Of a stretch of 64,000 nucleotides of DNA, positions 43,270-60,439 are shown piece after piece. Origin of the DNA: the human T2T-CHM13v2.0 reference genome, Homo sapiens. The notes under the pieces are model-generated. The model was not told the origin of the DNA, made no database searches, and saw nothing but the letters and a program-made list of their open reading frames with translations. Within the stretch, counting starts at the first letter, position 1. Every line of letters starts with the position of its first letter. Made by a program: the position numbers and the translations under genes. Location: NCBI RefSeq assembly GCF_009914755.1, contig NC_060927.1; one strand, written 5' to 3'.

Positions 43270-45488
43270 TGAGCCACCATGCCCAGCTAATTTTTGTATT
43301 TCTGGTAGAGACGGGGTTTCACCACCTTGCCCAAGCTGGTCTCGAACTCCTGAGCTCAAGCAATCGGCCTGCCTTGGCCTCCCAAAGTGGTGGGATTATA
43401 GGTGTGAGCCACTGCACCCGGCCTCAGTTCTACCGATTTTAACACATGGATAGATGCATGTAACCACTTTGGGAGGCTGAGACAGGAGGATCACTTGAGG
43501 TCAGGAGTTCAAGACCACCCTGGGCAACACAGGGAGACCCTGTCCCTAGAATACATTTTTAAAAATTAGCCAGATGTGGTGGCGTGCACCTGATCGTACC
43601 ACTGCACTCAAGCCTGGGTGACAGAGGGAGACTATGTCTAAAAATACACATATATATATTTTTGGGGGGGTCGGGGGTTGGGGGAGAAGTAGGGATGCTA
43701 CAAGCATTTTTTCTTTCCTTTTCATTTTTAAAAATTAAAGCGTAAAGATACAGTAAAATAAACTCATCATTTTTAATGTAGGTTTTTCAAACTTTGACAC
43801 ACACAGAGCTGTGTCTGTAAGCCTCAGCACAATCAGGAAACAGCCTCTGGCAACCACCAATCCCTTTTCTTCCCTAGATGTGCCTTGTCCAGAATGTCGT
43901 ATCAACAGGACCACAGGCGTGCAGCCTTTTGAGTCCGACTCCACAGCATTCTGCGTGAGATGCTGCATGTGTGAGCGGTTTCTCAGATGTCAAGTATAGG
44001 GTATTCTCACAAAATGTTCTTTTCTGCATTTTCAAAGAAAGAGAAGCTCAAAATTTCTACACTGCTCTGAGAGAAGTGGTATCAGACCTCACTGCGACAA
44101 AGTGCAGGGCTATGGAGTGAGACAAGCACAACCTGTGGCGTCAGGAGCGAGGCACCTGAACTCCGCCTTCGCCGATGATCAGCAACGGCTGGGGATGAGA
44201 CGCGGGCTCTGCATGTGCTGGCCTCCTGAGCTGTCGTCAGATCCACAGAGACACAGTGTCTGAAGTAGCTACCCTTTTAATACTGCCTGTACCTTTCTAA
44301 CTACAGATAGAAAAGGGTCATGTTTATAAGGTACGGCGGTGCTAGTTTTTATTTCACTTGAGTCCATACAAAAAGCAAAAAGCGCCTGTTCTATAAAAAC
44401 AGCAGAAATGATGCTAAACAGTTAACACCAGAGAAAGCTAACGGGAAGAACGTGGGCCTGGGGTCCCACCATCCTTGCCACGCAAACATCCACCAGTGCC
44501 TCATCCACCTCACACTGTTCTGAGCACACGAGGCTGCATAACCACCGTGAGGATCTCTGGAGGTGGGAACGATGCTAACTGTCCTGTTCTTAGTGCACGT
44601 AAGACTCACGCTCCCACACACGGTATTCCTTTTCCTGCACATTATTTGACGCTATCCTGAAAAGAAAACCAGCAAGTGAAATCGAATCTGTCCGTAGAGG
44701 GTGGGAATCCTGTTCACTCTAAGTCAGCCCTTCTCCTCTAATAGAGGTTAGCTGTACTTTTAGAATGGCCTAAATTATTTTTCTAAGTACCAAGAAGTTA
44801 CATATTCATTCATGACAACTATTTTAAATATTTCATTGCAAGTAAGTGATTTTTATCAGGCAAGTAATACGTAATGAACTTCCCCTAAAAATAACAGCTT
44901 CCTAATAGTGCTTTTTCTAAGCAGAAAATAATGACTGCAAAATAATTTTTAAAAAAAAATGTAACCCCAAAAATGTCACCTTAACTGTTAAGATCCCCAA
45001 CCAGCCTCTATCTAGTCTCAACATTACCACCATATAATCTCTGGATTTCTCAGTTTAATCACTTCTAGGGGAAAAAACCCAGACTACCTCTATATGCTCA
45101 CTAAGCAAATTTCCAGTAAGAAATCAAGGCTTTGTAACCTGGCTGGGTGCAGTGGCTCATGCCTGTAATCCCAATACTTTGGGAAGCTGAGGCAGAAGAC
45201 TGTTTGAGTCTAGGAGTTCAAGACCAGCCTGGGCAATATTGTGAGACCCTGTCTCTACCAAAAAAAATTTTTTTAAATTAGCCAGGTGTGGTGGTGCACA
45301 TCTGTAGTCCCAGCTACTTGGGACTCTGAAGGTTGAGGTGTTGAGGACTGCTTGAGCTCGGGAGGTTGAGGCTGCTATGACTGTGCCACTGCACTCCAGC
45401 CTGGGCTGACCCTGTCTCAAAAAAAAAAGAAAAAAGACTAACCTCCTGCGCCTTCTCAAATAGTCTGGGTCCTGAAGAAAACACTTAC

Positions 45489-45660
45489 CAGGCCTGCATG
45501 ACTCTTCGATGCTCAGGGCACTTGTCTGACCAAAGACAACCAGGTCCAATAGCAAGTTTGCCCCGAGGCGGTTGACACCATGTGCAGAGGCACAGGCGGC
45601 CTCCCCACAGGCGTACAGGCCGGGCACAATCTGATCCTGGCCATTCCCGTGCCTCAGGAC
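45489..45660 (-). pseudogene. SDHA-pseudogene exon 10 (172 nt)
   Basis: [45 protein letters not shown]…; the conserved VHGANRLGANSL motif is altered. Confidence 0.93.
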
Positions 45661-45884
45661 CTGTGGAAAGGAAGATTTCAGGTGAAATGTCAAGGTGCCC
45701 ATTCCTCAAGCCCACCTCCCTCAACAGGGTGTCTGTGCTGCAGGTCAGAGAAAGAGAGGGAAGTAGGCCGGGCATGCAGTGGCTCACGCCTGTAATCCCA
45801 GCACTTTGGGAGGCTGAGGCGGGTGGATCACCTGAGTTCAGGGGTTCAAGACCTGTCAGGCTAACATGGTGAAACCCCGTCTCA

Positions 45885-46116
<232 letters not shown>

Positions 46117-46714
46117 TCAGAGGGAAACTTCCGAATGTATACCCCAGTTTCCCCTCTGCCCCTGAGCACCTGCTGTTACAAGCAGGTCAGAGGGCCTCCA
46201 ATGTCAGCATCTGCGACTGTCCCCCGTGTCCCATGTTCCCGAGGCCCTCACCACCTGTGCTCCAGCTCAGACCCAGGAGCACGGCAGGTGGAGGAACATC
46301 AGCAGGGGAGACTGATGTTCCAGACTCTTCTACCCCCTGTTCACCTCTTCATCTATGCGGGGAAAGTAACAGCTTCCACCCACCTCGCCCAACAAGGAGG
46401 CTAAGTGACTGACAAGCTCTGTGTGAACCGCAAACCACTCACAGGTATGAATTATAAAGATCCTTCGATGTACAAGATCATTAGAAATAGGAATTATAAA
46501 GATCCCTTGATGTATAAGCTCATTAGAAATAACACAAGATCATATAGGAAAGTAATTATAAAATGGGAAAAGCTGCAAATGATGTATCTATGACAGTTCA
46601 CTAAGGAGGAATAAATTATTAAGCCTCCTTCCATCCTCCAGTGATAGAAATTTCAAGTGCAATTTAGAAAACAATACAGTACTTTCTGGAAGGAAACATC
46701 TGTCTCTTCCTCTA

Positions 46715-47110
<396 letters not shown>

Positions 47111-47296
47111 TCATGTACGGCCACCCTCCCATCAAATCTTTTCTAAGCATCTACTGTGTGCCAGGGACAATCCTAGGTGCTGGGACACAGCTGAGAACCA
47201 GAACAAATACTCTGCCCTTACTGAACTCACACTCGTCTCAGGGATCACAGCCTGCAGCGGCTGTCCTTGGTAAAAGCATTAGGCCTCTATGCCAAA

Positions 47297-47657
47297 TAGT
47301 CGTCCCTGCGTATCCGTGGCAGGTTGGGTCCAGGACCCCCACGGACACCAAAATCCGTGGATGCTCAAGTCCCTAATATAAAATGGCAGAGTATTTGCAT
47401 ATAACCTATGCACATCCTCCTCCATATTTTAAATCATCCTCATTTCAAGTTTTACATTTAAGTTGTACAGCAACTCCAGGATTACTCATAGTACCTAATA
47501 CAATGTAAATGCAGGTAAATAGCTGCTACACTGTGTTGCTTAGCGAACAATGACAAGGAAAAAAAAGTCTGCGTGTTTGTAAGGATGCAATTTTATTTTC
47601 AGTACATAGTTGGTTGAAACCACACATGTGGAACCGATGGATACGGAGGGCCACCAT
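47297..47657 (+). mobile_element. MER2 Tigger-family MITE
   Basis: TIRs AGTCGTCCCTGCGTATCCGTGG…GGATACGGAGGGCCA and internal GGATGCTCAAGTCCCTAATATAAAATGGC. Confidence 0.75.
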
Positions 47658-48140
47658 ATTACAAGAAACCATCCGACTTTTTTTTTTAATATAAAAATGT
47701 AAAACCTCTAAAGGCCACACCAGATACCAGCAGATATTTAGCAAGTGTTATCACATTAAAGAACAGGGTCAGGCAATGAAAGAGCTGCAAACTGTTCTTC
47801 TGAAAGGCAAATGACCCACACACTTTGAAAGCTGTCGAAAAACATCTGTGGGTATCAGACACCACACCCAAGGCTCACACGCCGACTTCAGGTTGGGTGC
47901 GTGTCTCTCTCTCCCATACTCCGTCACATACTCACACACACTAAGAGAAACTCTGTTCCACAGATTTGAGAAAGAAACTGGCTAAAATTTTCAAAATGTA
48001 GGTCTTTAGGAAAATATCGCAGACTAACAGACGCCTGCCGGCAGCTGAGAGAGGTGGCTGTGCACATGTGCCTGCACACGAAGGTGAGGGCGAGTGGTGC
48101 TGAAACTCACAGAAGCAACCCCGGCCCGTGTGCCCGCTCA

Positions 48141-48362
<222 letters not shown>

Positions 48363-49401
48363 CTAACAATTGCTAGGTCTCTATTTCAAATGCATTACTT
48401 TTTTTTACAAGATATTTTTTGGGGGAGAGACAAAAAAGATATGCAGAAGGCATTATATGCAAAACTGAACAGAAAGAACAGTTAAGATACAGTAGAAAGT
48501 CTGGATAACAAAAAGCACTGACAAGGCTGACAGCTGCAGCAGAGGCTGGGGCAGAGTGGCGTCCCCAGAGAGGAGAAAGGCCGGCCCACAGACCTCTGGC
48601 CAATACTCTGATTACAGCCCGGTGTACGTTGGATGCCTCAAATTTTGTTTTAATTTTTGAACATTCTTTTGCACTATGATACTGTGGTGACTAGTTAAGA
48701 ATACTAGCTTGGAGAATTCATATCTAAGTTACCCAAACAGTGGCAAGAACAGTAATAATGATTATTTTAGTTCATCTTTACACTGCACTTGCTATGGGCA
48801 GTTCTAGCTGCTTTCCACATATTAAACTCATTTAAGTCTTACAACAACTCTGGGTAGTACGACCCCCTTTCTCAGTGACAAGCAAATTAACGCTTGGTAA
48901 CATCCAGTCATGCAGCTGAGGACAGAGCTCAAACCCAAACCTGGGCAGTCCGGCGGTCTGTGCCCCAAACAGCGGCTCTGTGACTCCTCAGTGCGATGAG
49001 AAACAGGGCGTGCCAAGCTCTCGAATTTTAACAAAGGAGATCAAAACCCCTAAACTAAATGTATTTCAAAAGCTACAATTTTTATTAGTATACAAAAAGG
49101 GCAATCTTGCTTTCAAAACAAGAATGTGATTCTTGCATCTCACCTGCCTTTTGATTTTCTAAGTTTCCATGCTCTCTTTTCTGTGGTTACTTCTCACATA
49201 TTGAAGACAAAGCATGAGAAGTGGAGCTCTAAGCAAATTACAGAGGGAATTCAGGGGCTCACTGACATTTTACTGATTAAAAACAGTAATAAAAAATACA
49301 ACAGGCCGGGTGCAGTGGCTCATGGCTATAATGCCAGCACCCTGAGGGGCCGAGGCAGGAGGATCGCCTAAGCCCTGGCATTTGAGACCAGCCTGGGCTT
49401 A

Positions 49402-49596
<195 letters not shown>

Positions 49597-49964
49597 CTAA
49601 ACAAATTAAAAAAAAAAACCTACAACAAATCCATTTCTTATTTTCATCCCTTCCAGGGATCAGAAAGCTGACACTGACAGAGAGAGAAGACACAGGTCTG
49701 GTTCTTTGGCACCACTTCAGGGGTCTCCATCGTCCACAGGTCAGAAAAGCAACCCAGAAAAGTCCAGGACGAGTCACCTCAAACAAGAGGCAGATGTGTG
49801 TGTGTGTCTCTGACTCATTTTGAAGAACCTCCTCCAAACTCAAGACTTCAACTGTCATTTCTGAGTTAATGTCTCCAAATTGCACATTCGTAACCTTAAC
49901 TGTCAGACGTCCCCAAGACGAGCTCATCTTCCCGACAAGCTCCCTCAGTTGTCACGTGGGCTGA

Positions 49965-50597
<633 letters not shown>

Positions 50598-50828
50598 TAG
50601 GGCTCTTGAGAAATGCATAAGATGGTGGCCCAAACTGCCTTAGGGGAAGGGGAGTGTGGGAAAAGTCTCCTTAAGGAAATGACATTGAAGTTAGGACCTG
50701 AGAGCTAAGGAAGCTGATCTTCAAAACCATGTTATTACATAAAACTATGGAAGAGCAATGAGTAGGCACCACACACTTACAAGACACACATGAGCCGAAC
50801 GCCTTCCGGGCAAGGCGTCCTGCCCTAC

Positions 50829-50953
50829 CTGTGGGGTGGAACTGAACAAACTCGAGGTCCTGGCAAGGAAGGCCTGCCCTGGTGATCATGGCCGTGCCGT
50901 CGCTGGTGCTGGTGTGGGCAGACGTGCAGCTCAAGTAGTTGTGCCCGTAGCCT
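50829..50953 (-). pseudogene. SDHA-pseudogene exon 7 (125 nt); canonical acceptor destroyed (…TTTCCAT|AGGCTAC)
   Basis: [41 protein letters not shown]; AT replaces AG at 50954-50955. Confidence 0.9.
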
Positions 50954-51223
50954 ATGGAAACAACAGAGAGCAGTGACTGCACACAGTGGCCCACGTCCGG
51001 ACCTCCTGTCTAGTGAGATCACAGAACGGACAGGGCAGCCCCCGGGCACCATCTTCTCAGTGCTGTGTACACACAACCCCCTACTCACGCACACCCCACA
51101 CACATCACTGGGGGCCACGCCAGTGGTGCTGCTACCCTGCGCAGGTAGGATAGAAGCCTGGGATCAGAGAAGAGACTTCCATTTATATTTTATTTTATTT
51201 ATTTATTTTGAGATAGGGTCTAA

Positions 51224-51556
<333 letters not shown>

Positions 51557-51589
51557 TAATGAAAATTTTAAAATTTTTATGGATTTTTT

Positions 51590-52780
51590 TCCCCCAGATT
51601 TACTGAGGTATGATTGATGAATTAAACAAAAAACAATACTGTATATATTTAAGGTGTACAACGTGATGATTTATTTTGTGAACTGATGACACAATCAACT
51701 TAATACACATCTATCACCTCATACAATTATCCTTTATTTTGGAGATACAGACACCTAAGGTCTACTCTCTTCGCAAATTTCAAGTTATATTAATGATAGC
51801 CACCGTACTGTATGATTTTAACTGTAGCCACCATGCTGTATAATGTTAACTCTGGCCACCATGCTGTATAACATTAACTCTAGCCACCATGCTGTTTATC
51901 AGACCTTCAGAACTTCACCCTGTAACGGGAAGTTACACCTTTAATCAGCATCGCCACAGTCTGCATTCCCCCAGCCCCTGGCAACCACTGTCCTACTCTG
52001 TTTCTGTGAGTTGTGACAGTTTTAGATCCACATATGAGTGACATGCAGTATCTGTCTTTCTGTGCCTGGGTCGTTTCACTTAACATAATGACTTTGGGTT
52101 CATCCACGTTGTCACACATGACAGGATTTCCTTCGTTTTCATAGCTGAATAATATTCAGTTGTGTACACACACCACATTGTCATTAAACACCAAAAATTT
52201 TTAGGTTGTTTCCATATCTCGGGTATTGTGAATAACGCTGCAATGAACATGGGGGTCCAGGTGTCTCTTTGAGCTTCTGATTTCATGCCCTTTGGATATA
52301 CACCCAGAAATGAGGTTGCTGGAGCACATGGTAGTCCTGTGACTTTTGAGGAACCTCCAGAGTTTTCCACAATAGTTGTACTAATTTACATTCCCACCAA
52401 CAGCACACAGGGTTCCCTTTTCTCCACATCCTCAACAACACTCACTATCTTTTGTCCTCTTGGTAACAGCCATTCTAACTGGAGCGAGATGAGATGATAC
52501 TCATTGGGGTTTTAATTTGCATTTCTCTGGTGCTTGGTGATGTTGAGCATTTTTTCATACATCAACTGGCCATTTGTATGTCTTCTCTGGAAAAATATCT
52601 ATTCAAGTCCTTTGCCCATTTTTAGCAGGGTTGTTTTTTAGTAGGGTTTAGTAGGTTGGTTTTAGTAGGGCTTTTTTTATTTTTTATTTTTTTTGCTGTT
52701 TTAGATACTAAGATATCATTAGATATATGGTTCGGAAAATATTTTTTCCCAACCTGTAGTTTTGCTGATTTTTTTTCTTG
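51590..52780 (-). mobile_element. L1MA fragment (ORF2 3' end and 3'UTR)
   Basis: ORF 52080-52370 (…TWTPMFIAALFTIPEIWKQPK…) is the L1 ORF2 tail. Confidence 0.85.
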
Positions 52781-53246
52781 GCTGTACTGACACTTCTTAA
52801 CTTTTAAAGTGGCTAAAGTAACTGCCACTGTATAAAATTAAAGTTTTTTATTTTCATTATGTGGAGAAGACAGACTTATCTATCCCAGGAATCAGTATAA
52901 ACATAGAACCCACTAAAACAAGAGGGATTTTGCCAGAAAACCCCATGTGACTCTTCGGGCCACAGTTTCCTCATCTAAAATCGGGAGAGGTACGCTGTGA
53001 ACCTGACGGCAGCCACTACCGACTACTGAGGGCCATGCTTTCTCACCCCCTGAGGCAGGTGCTACTGTCCTCACCCTTTACAGGTGAGGAACCATGGCTG
53101 GGAAAGGCCATCACCCTCACACGGTTATATCAAGGCCTGTGTCTGAACTGCTATTCTACAATGCCTCTATTTTCCTTAAAATAAAGACACTCTAAATGGA
53201 ATTTATTCATTTTTACAAAGGAAATAAAGTAGAAATTAGATTCCTA

Positions 53247-53396
<150 letters not shown>

Positions 53397-54206
53397 CTAA
53401 AAGAAAGAAAAAAAAAGGGCAAGAAGTGTTAAGCCAACCTTTAAGGTTTTAAGGTGATATCTGCTCATGTGAATAGGTGAAAGAACTTGATCCAAATGGA
53501 CCAGGTAAATCCAAGGAGATCAGCAACAGTGTCAATGACACTGTCAGAGCCCGAGAGGCATTCCACGCCGAGCAGTACCAACAAGGCAGGTGTGCTAGAG
53601 AACGCAGCAGCAACAGCTCCTATGTTGGTGACACATTTCCTACTTCTACACAACCCGAAGAGGCACTCCACACTGTCCGGTGGCCGCACGCAGCTCCACT
53701 CGGAGTCTGGTGCCAGAGTGAGGTCCGCAGACCATGGGGTCACAGCCCAGATGGGAGCTACTGGCAACACATAACCACTTAATTAATTAAAATAAGTCAA
53801 AACGTTCAGCTCTTCAGCTACACCTGCCACATTAGCAACAGCCCCATGTGGCTGGCAGCTACCAAAGCGGACGGTTGCAGACGAGCAGATTCCGGCACCG
53901 CAGAAAGGTAGGCGCCGGACAGCGCTGCCTGCCTGGACCTGCCGTTCCCTCAGCCAGCGCAAGTCGCTCTCATGAGCCTGGGCCAGCTCCCCACATGACA
54001 GCTCCTGCTCCGGACGGAGCCGCCGTCTCCTCCCACCACACACTTGTCGATGCACTCAGCCACAGAGAAGTCACTGGTGTTCTAACAACCTGCACATTAC
54101 TGATCCGTCCCCACGCATCAGAAAACAACAAAGCTCAGAACATGGATTACTCTGAATCAATACTGTTCAGGATATTATTTGGTCACGCCAAAGTTGACCC
54201 TGATTA

Positions 54207-54599
<393 letters not shown>

Positions 54600-55211
54600 T
54601 CAGAGGTGGTAAAAGAGCCTTAAAATACTTGTTCTTTGTCTTTTTTTGAGACAGGTCTCCTGTTGCTCAGGCTGGAGTGCAGTGGTATGAACATGGCTCA
54701 CTGTCTCAAGTGATCCTCCTGCCTCAGCCTCCTGAGTAACTGGGATTACAAGCATGTACCACCATGCTCAGCTACTTTTTAAACTTTCTGTAGAGACAGG
54801 GTCTCGCTATGTTCTCCAGACTGGTCTCAAACTTCTGGTCTCAAGTGATCCTCCTGCCTTGGCCTCCTAAAGTGCTGGGATTACAGACGTGGGCCACTGT
54901 GCCTGGCCTGCTTGCTCTGTTCTTACATGCTGAGTGTCACATATCCCAAGTGAAAACCTGGTATATAAGATTATCAATTCAACTTCCCAACATAGAGGCA
55001 ACAACTCACACATTGCCTTAGGGGCAGCTTCTCAAGGCACACGTCTGCTCCTGTCACCTCCACAGTCGCTGCATGTGCCCCACACCGCTGTTCTCTGTTG
55101 CTTTTTACGCAATCTCTGGCTGACTCACTGGGCACGCTAACCCATTCCCCGCTGTCACCACAAGCCCCAGCACTACGTGTCCTGTCTCAGGTGGACGGGG
55201 GGCGGCCTTAC

Positions 55212-55376
55212 CCTCCCGTATAAGGTGTGCAATATTGAGTGGCCGGTCCGATCAGCCACACAGCAGCACCCATGGGCCTGCCCGCCCTTTCCAAACTTGA
55301 GGCTGTGTCCGCCAAATGCACGCTGATAAATCTTCCCATCTTCAGTTCTGCTAAACGGCATGCCATAATTTTCTAC
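55212..55376 (-). pseudogene. SDHA-pseudogene exon 5 (165 nt)
   Basis: [55 protein letters not shown]. Confidence 0.94.
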
Positions 55377-55694
55377 CTGTGAAAGATAAAAACAAACAAA
55401 AGCCTTATTACCCTAAAGGAGTCAAGATATTCACAGCTAATCTACACTAAACAACTTTAATACAAATCTGCAAACCCAAATTAACCTATTTTATGAAAAT
55501 GTCAACACTTCATCAAAGAGAAGTTTTTCTTATTACATGTAATACATAGTTCATGACGGACAAAGACTTCTCTTGTGAGCTTTGCTAATCACCATTCTTT
55601 CGGCTGCCACATCTGCCTCAACTGCTTACATTTTTTCCAGGACTCTTGTACTAGAAACAGACCACCAGAGCACCCAGAGCCTCCCGCCCATCAC

Positions 55695-55838
55695 CGCGAC
55701 CATGGCAGTGGGGGCCTGCTCCGTCAGGTAGTGGATGGCATCCTGGTCCCCCAGCCAGTCGGAGCCCTTCACGGTGTCACAGAAATGCCACCTCCAGTTG
55801 TCCTCCTCCATGTTCCCCAGAGCAGCATTGATTCCAAC
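55695..55838 (-). pseudogene. SDHA-pseudogene exon 4 (144 nt)
   Basis: [48 protein letters not shown]. Confidence 0.94.
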
Positions 55839-56727
55839 CTGGAAACACCAACCACTCCTTACAAGCCACAAACAGGAGCCCCAGCTTTGTCTTCCAGGCC
55901 CAAATCCACCCGCTGGGGGATTCAGAGAAAGCCAACTACTCACGCGGTGACTCCCAGTGAGGGCTGACCTCAGCAGAGGAGCAGCCAGGCCTGACAGATT
56001 CCAGATCACAACCCCTCCCAGACTCACCCAGTGATTCCATCCCTTAGCCTCAGTCTCCTCATCTGTGTGGTGGAGACAGAGGGAACTCCAGGAAGGGCTG
56101 ACTGGAGCAGTGAGTGAAAGGCTACCTGTAATATGCTTATTACCTAACGTATCTGGCACAGAAAAGGTACTCCATGAATCTCTCCACATAATTTTATTAA
56201 CAAATCTTCCCAACGGCATTTACGGGCATGTGTTAAAGATCAGAAGTGCTTCCTGCCAAGTAATAGACTCCATACTCAGAGTCGCACTCCCCTGTACCCC
56301 TACTTCCTTTGGCTGTGTGTGCCCACCACCGTCTTACCCCTCAGAGAGTCCCAGAAGACAGCAGCACAGGGACAAATGAAACCCTTGCCCTTTTCTTCCC
56401 CAACCTAAATTCTGAATCCTCCTCTTTAGATGATCTCCTTTTCTTAAGGTGTTGGGGTGGCAGGGGTGGGTGGGGAGGGTAGATGGTCAGAGAAAACCCA
56501 AGTGTGACTGGAGTCTGAATTAAGAGTGACAACAAGGCTCCCGCCCTTCAAAGTCCCCAGGGAAGAGGCTCCAGGGAGAGACCCCTGAATGGGTGAGCTG
56601 AGTAAGGCACAGCAAGAGGCCAAGTGGCTGGAGCACGGGGAGGAGGCAGGAGGCTGCCCAGGTAGAAAGTGCGAGGCTGCGCGGGACCTGCACGGAGTGG
56701 GAGCACAGTGGGGCACCTTTCTCTTAC

Positions 56728-56905
<178 letters not shown>

Positions 56906-57620
56906 TCACCTGTCAATCACAGGTTCCACTATGCCAAACATGAAGACTCTTGTGCCAGTGAAAGAGCTTGACAAAGATAAAAGGAGCAACTGCTGGGCAC
57001 ACAGGGCCTCCATCCTGTCCTGGGGCTGAGCCCTGAACAGTGCGGGGAGAAGTAGGCACATTCGCACCTGGAGAAGGGACTGATAATCAGATTCTATGAA
57101 TGGTAGAGGGTCTATTCCATGGGATCAGACTGAGGACCACACCTCTGCTTCAGGGCCGTGCCTATGCTTATGCCTGAGAAGGTGCCAAGGAGCATTCAGT
57201 CGCTATTGTGAGCTTATGAGAAAAGAACTTCTCAGCACGTTTCAGTTTTCCAACAGAGAGAGAAGAGGCACACTCAATACCAAGGAACCCACACCGGAAG
57301 GGCCCCACGGTCCTCTTTTCAGTAGGATTTTATCATCTATCACAGCAGATACTGTTCATTTTAATTTATTGCTTTACTTGACCTAAATTTAAATCTAATT
57401 TATAGATACATAACAGATACAAGTAAAAATGTTAACATCTATGTTTATATTGGTACTTGCAATTAAGTATTATTACACTGAAAATAATTTCAGCATGCAT
57501 TGGATACCTATGAGAAATTTTTCCCTTATGTCTATGACTCATATGAAAACAAACTGGTATAGATCCTTACCCCCAAGCCAAAAAAATCATTTATAATGGA
57601 ACAAAAAGCATGAACTTTAC

Positions 57621-57706
57621 GGAATCTGAAACTTTAGCAGATGCCCTCTCGTTCCTTCAACAGTGAAGTGAACACCTCGGGTTCCTGTTTGCAACACTGT
57701 TGGCCA
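57621..57706 (-). pseudogene. SDHA-pseudogene exon 2 (86 nt; 1-nt deletion)
   Basis: WPTVLQTGTRGVHFTV, then a frame break; …RASAKVSDS resumes in another frame. SDHA exon 2 is 87 nt as recalled. Confidence 0.9.
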
Positions 57707-58620
57707 CTGGAGACACAGAAGACACAGATCCAGAGGGTTAGTGTCCTGAAGGAACAAATGCTGTGGGGGATAGTAATTCAAACTTCCCCTTGCAAACTGT
57801 TCACCTTCTTATGTACCCAGGTGCTCCTGTGCATCCAGAGAGCTCAGCTGGGACCCTCTACTTAACCCTGAAGGGCAGCCCAAGGGGCAAGGAAGGACTG
57901 AGCCCCCAGGTCCTCCTTTCCACCCTGGCTTGGCACTCTAGAAAACCAGGATGAAGCTTGTTTCCAAAAAGGATACTCACTGACTCAGATACGAGATGAA
58001 AAAGGCGCACTTCCTCTGGGAAGTCTTCACTTATGCTACTTAGTGGAGGAGGGGAAAGACATCCAGATCGTATTACTGTATGTGGTATTTTGCAAATAAT
58101 GAAGCATTTTAACCGGCTCCATCAGAGCCCTTTCCACATTACAGTTCCAATCGTCCAGGAGGGCTTGCGGTCAGTTCAAAAGGCACTGGACACCTGAATC
58201 AGGAGATCTGTATCCTGGAACAGTAAAGGCTGACAGCCCAGAGGGAAGAGGTGTCATCCCTTCATCACACAGGAGGATGTCGGATGCACACTCTCCCCTG
58301 CCTGGTTGCTGCTGGCTTTTTCCTGGCCAACGTCTACAACTTGACATATCTCGCTGCTTAAATTTTCCATCTTAGAAACCTTTACTCAAGAAAACTGGTT
58401 TTAGTGTTTAGTTTTTAGTGGCTCTGTGTGAGAGAGGTCACACTGTCCCATATGCTAAGGTTGGCCAGCCATTTAGGGGATACGTTTTCCATTCTGCTGG
58501 CGGCATTTTAGAAGACCACTGAATAGTCTCAGAAATATCATCAAGAATAGTTTTAGGGGCTGGGCGCGGTGGCTCATGCCTGTAATCCCAGCATTTTGGG
58601 AGGCCAAGGTGGGCAGATCA

Positions 58621-58873
<253 letters not shown>

Positions 58874-60439
58874 TCAGCAATCAGAAGAGGGGATGTGAGG
58901 GATGTCTTCAAGTATTTAGAAATACTTGCAATTCACAAATTACTTATTATGTGGGATAAAAAATTATTCTTCATTTCTCCAATTTCTAGTCTGTTTTTAT
59001 TGACATAAGCTAATTTAGTTTTTTCTTTTTTCAGAAAATGAGAAAGAACGAATATTCTTCTACCTTAGTATAATTTTTTACATGGTAAAATCATATTTTA
59101 AGAAAGAAGTCTTTGAAATAATTTTAATAAAAACGTTCTTGAAAATTTTGTAAAGTGCCCCATTAACATAGGTAATAGCACCAATAAAAACAGTACATTA
59201 TACCAAATGTAAGTAGAAACAGTGAGATCACTAAATGTTTATTCGTTCTTTCTAGGATGTTGATGTGGAATACACACTGCCCACCCCCCACCACACACAC
59301 ACAGCTGGCTTAAAAGGGGCAGCTACTATAACACAATCTTGAACAAATCATCACGCCATCCCCCTGGGGAAAAGGACACTAACCCTCTGCATCTAAATCT
59401 CATCTGGGGCAGATTTTTGAATCTGGAAAGCCCAACTTCAAGCCAATGTCAGTCTTTAGATAAAACTCAAAACTACTTTTGACACAAAACTAGTCTTTTG
59501 TGCCAATTATTAATTTTTTAGGAGAAACTATCAAACATTTCCTCTAAGAAAAAAAATGGGGAACATATAACTAAAAGGAATACTTAGACCTTGCTTAACA
59601 ATACAGAATTTCAGATGACTGAATCAGGAGGTGGAGGGGGAAAAGTAACAAGTGCAGAGACATTCATATCCGAAATCTAGCAAAGTAAGGGGTCCTCATC
59701 GAATAAAATGCACCTATAAATCATGAGCAAGAAACGAATCTGCATGTACAACCTACACAATCACAAAAGCAGCCAACGAAGAACCCAAAAACGCACGACT
59801 TTCTGTAGGAAAAGCTACCTTCATCAAGATAAAAAGACTTTTACAAAACCCAAGACTAAATTTTGGTTCCATTTTGCTATCTTGCCATCTGGTCTGAGGT
59901 GCCTGGGGCCTTAGTCTGCAGAAGGAACACTGGGCACCATCTGGGTTGGGGACAAAGGCACTGGCTCTATCTAGCTTCTCTCCAACCACAAGCTACCATT
60001 GCCCCTAAAAAGTCCCACTGACCATGGGCTTCACCTCCTGCTTGTGGACGCCCTCCCAGCAGCTCCTAAGAGCCCAAGATGCGGCGGGGGTCTCTGCTCG
60101 GTCAGCACCAACCACAGCAACACGCTAGAACGGTTTACACGCTTTCCGATGTTGACAGGATGGCTGTATGACTAATCCTCACATTTAATTCAAAGAGATT
60201 TTCAATAACTATTTCAAAAAGGAGAAAATTGCACAATCACAGGCATAATTCAATTCAATATTGCTGAATGCCTTGGTTCCTATTGAGATTTTTACTCTGC
60301 AATTTAAAATTACTTTGTAATTAAGAGGTAGGTGGCTAAGTTCATTTAAAAGAACCAAACAACTAAACCTATCCAATTTCGCTTGATTAAATGAAATCCT
60401 AGAAGGCCGATTCTGAAGATGCAATCGTAGAGGGCACAC